Below, in pieces: positions 33,301 to 34,908 of a stretch of DNA of 34,908 bases (position 1 is its first letter; every line of letters starts with the position of its first letter). The translations under genes and the position numbers were made by a program. The notes under the pieces are model-generated. The model did not search any database. It was given only the letters and a program-made list of their open reading frames with translations, and had not been told where the DNA came from. This DNA comes from a virus. Its lineage: Duplodnaviria > Heunggongvirae > Uroviricota > Caudoviricetes. The stretch covers positions 188,067 to 222,974 of IMG/VR virus record IMGVR_UViG_3300037851_000345, one strand, 5' to 3'.

Positions 33301-34907
33301 AATTCCTTCGTAAAGAGACGTACACGGTAGTCGTTGCCTACAATCGTGTTACTTTCACCTAGCGTCAAAGGAACGATTTCTCCTGTCGTGATTTCTTCAA
33401 TTTGGAATTTAATATTTGTCCTGTTCGCAACGATGTAGTGTTTATTCGGGTTAACCCCACCTCCACGGCCTGAAAAGACAATCGAATCTCCGTTGTTAAG
33501 TTTGTGGTCTGTTGTGGCAGTCCAATAATCTCCCGTAGTTGCCGTTACGTTTCTCGTGCGACTTGATACGGTGAAGAAAGGTAAGTTTTGATAGTCCTCT
33601 AGATTCTCACCCAATTGGTTCACTATGTACTGCAAGTAGTCAGCATTTACCTTATCGGCATCAGAGAAGTTTTCAAACTGATTTATTTTCGTGTTGATTG
33701 CCAAGTCTAAGTGTTCTGCTACAGAGTGGATGAAGTCAATCAGGTACGAATTCTCATCTTCGAAGTGGTAGGTGGTGATAATGGAACCTGTATCGTGGCC
33801 TTCGATTATCGAAGTAACATTGGAGCCTGTGATGTGATAGGCTGTTTTGGAAACTAGGGCGGGTCTAGAATCAATGTAGAAGAAGTCCTCATCTAAGTAC
33901 CAATACTTGAAGTACTCGTTGCCGATGCGGAAGAATCCCGTAGATTCCAATTCCGTGTGTCGGCGTTCAGTCATGGCCACTCCTACAGCGTGTGTGTCTG
34001 CGGTACTTCCGTAAAGACCGCGGTATAAGCCTGAAAACGTTCTCGTTACTTCATCGTAATCTGTGTATTGAATGTATTCGTCTTCAATCAAAAATTCACC
34101 GTTGTTCGGGAACGTACAGTAAACGTAGGGATAATAAGAATTGACAATATCCACAACGTGAGAAGCTGCTCTTGTCCCCTGACTTCCCCTAGTACATTCT
34201 TCAAGCCTGCCGCTGTCTGGTGTTGCAGAATCCACAATGAAATTTCCGTAGCGGATAATTTCATTATCAATTAAAATGTAGCCATTCTTTGGAACAGTTC
34301 CCGTAATACCCTGTAAGAAAATAATCTTATCATTGACAACTGTAGATGATGCTAGTCGTGCTAAAAATTTCTGATTGATTACTATCTCTGTCGATGTAGC
34401 AGTCAATGCCGTAGCTAGTGTGGCTGTCCACAATCCATTGTCGTACTTCACGGTGTCTAATTGCGTGATGAGCAAGTTCTCATATTCTTGAATATAGGAG
34501 CCTTGAGCGTGTTTGACAGCAGATGTGCCGCCGCCGCCTCTTGTAACACCTTCAAATTGGTAGCCGTTTAACCATTGGCTGTAACTTGTGTAGGAAATTT
34601 CTTCAAGATCACCAGCATCTGAGAAAATTGCAAACTTTCCTTGTTTCGGGATGACATCGATATTTGTTACGGACGTAAATTTGACAGTTGTGGTATAGGC
34701 ATCGAGGTCTTCAGCAAGCAGAGCGTTCCACAATACGGTATTACAATGCGCCGTCGCCTCAGTTCCCAAGAAGCCCCTTTCAAGGTTTGTCAACTTGTGG
34801 TTTACCAAGTCATTTGTTTCATACTTGATGTACTCATTCTCAATCTTAACAATACCCCTGTCCTTAAACAAATTGAGGTTATCCCCGTAATCGTATTCGA
34901 TTTCAGT
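30339..34907 (-). CDS. Giant baseplate wedge protein (gp7/gpI-like), 5'-truncated by the window edge
   Basis: Frame is open to the window end (TEIEYDYGDNLNL precedes the listed TTG). Wedge motifs YLQYIV.QLG...RLF.KELV.IYK.KG and LK.YKPKHT, plus many repeated accessory modules. Confidence 0.8.
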   Translation of the reverse strand, partial: TEIEYDYGDNLNLFKDRGIVKIENEYIKYETNDLVNHKLTNLERGFLGTEATAHCNTVLWNALLAEDLDAYTTTVKFTSVTNIDVIPKQGKFAIFSDAGDLEEISYTSYSQWLNGYQFEGVTRGGGGTSAVKHAQGSYIQEYENLLITQLDTVKYDNGLWTATLATALTATSTEIVINQKFLARLASSTVVNDKIIFLQGITGTVPKNGYILIDNEIIRYGNFIVDSATPDSGRLEECTRGSQGTRAASHVVDIVNSYYPYVYCTFPNNGEFLIEDEYIQYTDYDEVTRTFSGLYRGLYGSTADTHAVGVAMTERRHTELESTGFFRIGNEYFKYWYLDEDFFYIDSRPALVSKTAYHITGSNVTSIIEGHDTGSIITTYHFEDENSYLIDFIHSVAEHLDLAINTKINQFENFSDADKVNADYLQYIVNQLGENLEDYQNLPFFTVSSRTRNVTATTGDYWTATTDHKLNNGDSIVFSGRGGGVNPNKHYIVANRTNIKFQIEEITTGEIVPLTLGESNTIVGNDYRVRLFTKELVNIYKEKGLISALKLWHLVISEPLTSYQDLWTFNYCSFYSLPFLVLILYESLRTFYPNNENFFRPQISKALQEELAEFYENKEIDTHAVPDLKLLIYDWEYFRKTDDDVKSSDGGSFDDKVVPCDSLDDLDIFYDTTNVELQVRSTGDTIPLPFYVEDYDVDLFKFEEQLDAEKDTMPTESTDCSPTKTDEGLISDIPFEWITDIDTESIFDYCTVADRLQPLRTDLEVLRDLTSDQGNARLILDHNTSSSDTEILVKVLEGKLYDPADHIVLGTNPRIVPKGFVKFGDEVISYTGVEFYDNHTGTFTNKKYLLTGCNRGVNGTTAADYRINLYQYEDNERLLNNCYVRVIYLPQVIDCDVDIPTDTLTHINHGLETNDIILFAPDVNGGGITGTKTTDAVPYYYYVYQLDSDRFQISLTPITTSVTPVDITSNTRVICYKIYFQLVLTRDPQGYGVQVGDYLQLVQTAYDYRHLITGVVNTYDHCAETYTYGINFVTGINPIPAVLTEVGAGLPSISSSTEYDCEINKSTFQISYVDTSTTPYTTLTHDLSDGDTVFFLKSVGNIDAYENYYVKCPTPTAFELTQSMTPWGKIVLAGVNDTWSCATAHGLNDGDLIVFEDSGPLAGGVSAGQHYLVSSVGLTGLTFKIRSVSTGEIVPLIVPGGNTISYSSIAITNIKDPINTYMVSGTRVLSVEEGYQHRYSLIQHLLWRLDNEVNGNDLPLVYGLTTTELAAKKLDTYTGVKDGIIWPTPHFKYGFEISTEDITNFPPDEVVELVLKKLKQYKPKHTVADLTITYPLGGNQVGITPMMEYYETENLMSDAYRTFSATITNLSTIITATNPTYHDLHVGETVYIEFGSPTVFGTVYYVESVPSETTFTISATDGGAPITMTITGTVAITQAPPSEFRIDLDHNTADGIIDKTYNLPIITLDSVYDYGQFASFFYTWREGYPNQTLIYYAPFSAYPNGLTTDTYRNRKRFLSYVD

Positions 34908-34908
34908 C

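Overview
This window looks like part of a large contractile-tailed (myovirus-like) phage genome using the standard genetic code, with two convergent halves that meet at about 10,250. The + strand (1-10,230) is an early/accessory region driven by five near-perfect sigma70/sigmaA promoters. It carries an SH3-like protein, a MoxR-type AAA+ ATPase, a SWIM zinc finger, DUF3307, a CX5R phosphatase and about 19 tandem small paralogs. These paralogs have a constant K-x-x-L-[WYF]-x-x-L-[H/N] start and C-x-E-W-[IV]-K end around a variable Cys-rich core, and two copies are broken. The - strand (10,265-34,908) is a late region. It holds a 5'-truncated giant baseplate wedge, four paralogous fibre/baseplate proteins, fibres carrying Ser-Gly-X repeats, a beta-helix tailspike and a GH-A-like hydrolase. 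At its distal end is an AT-rich six-gene operon: two radical SAM enzymes, a helical accessory protein, two proteins with strict 4-residue His-periodic repeats behind a shared leader-like motif, and a GT-B glycosyltransferase. That operon is the best candidate for an undescribed system, most plausibly post-translational modification of phage (virion) proteins. All functional calls come from motif recognition by eye; no database search was run.
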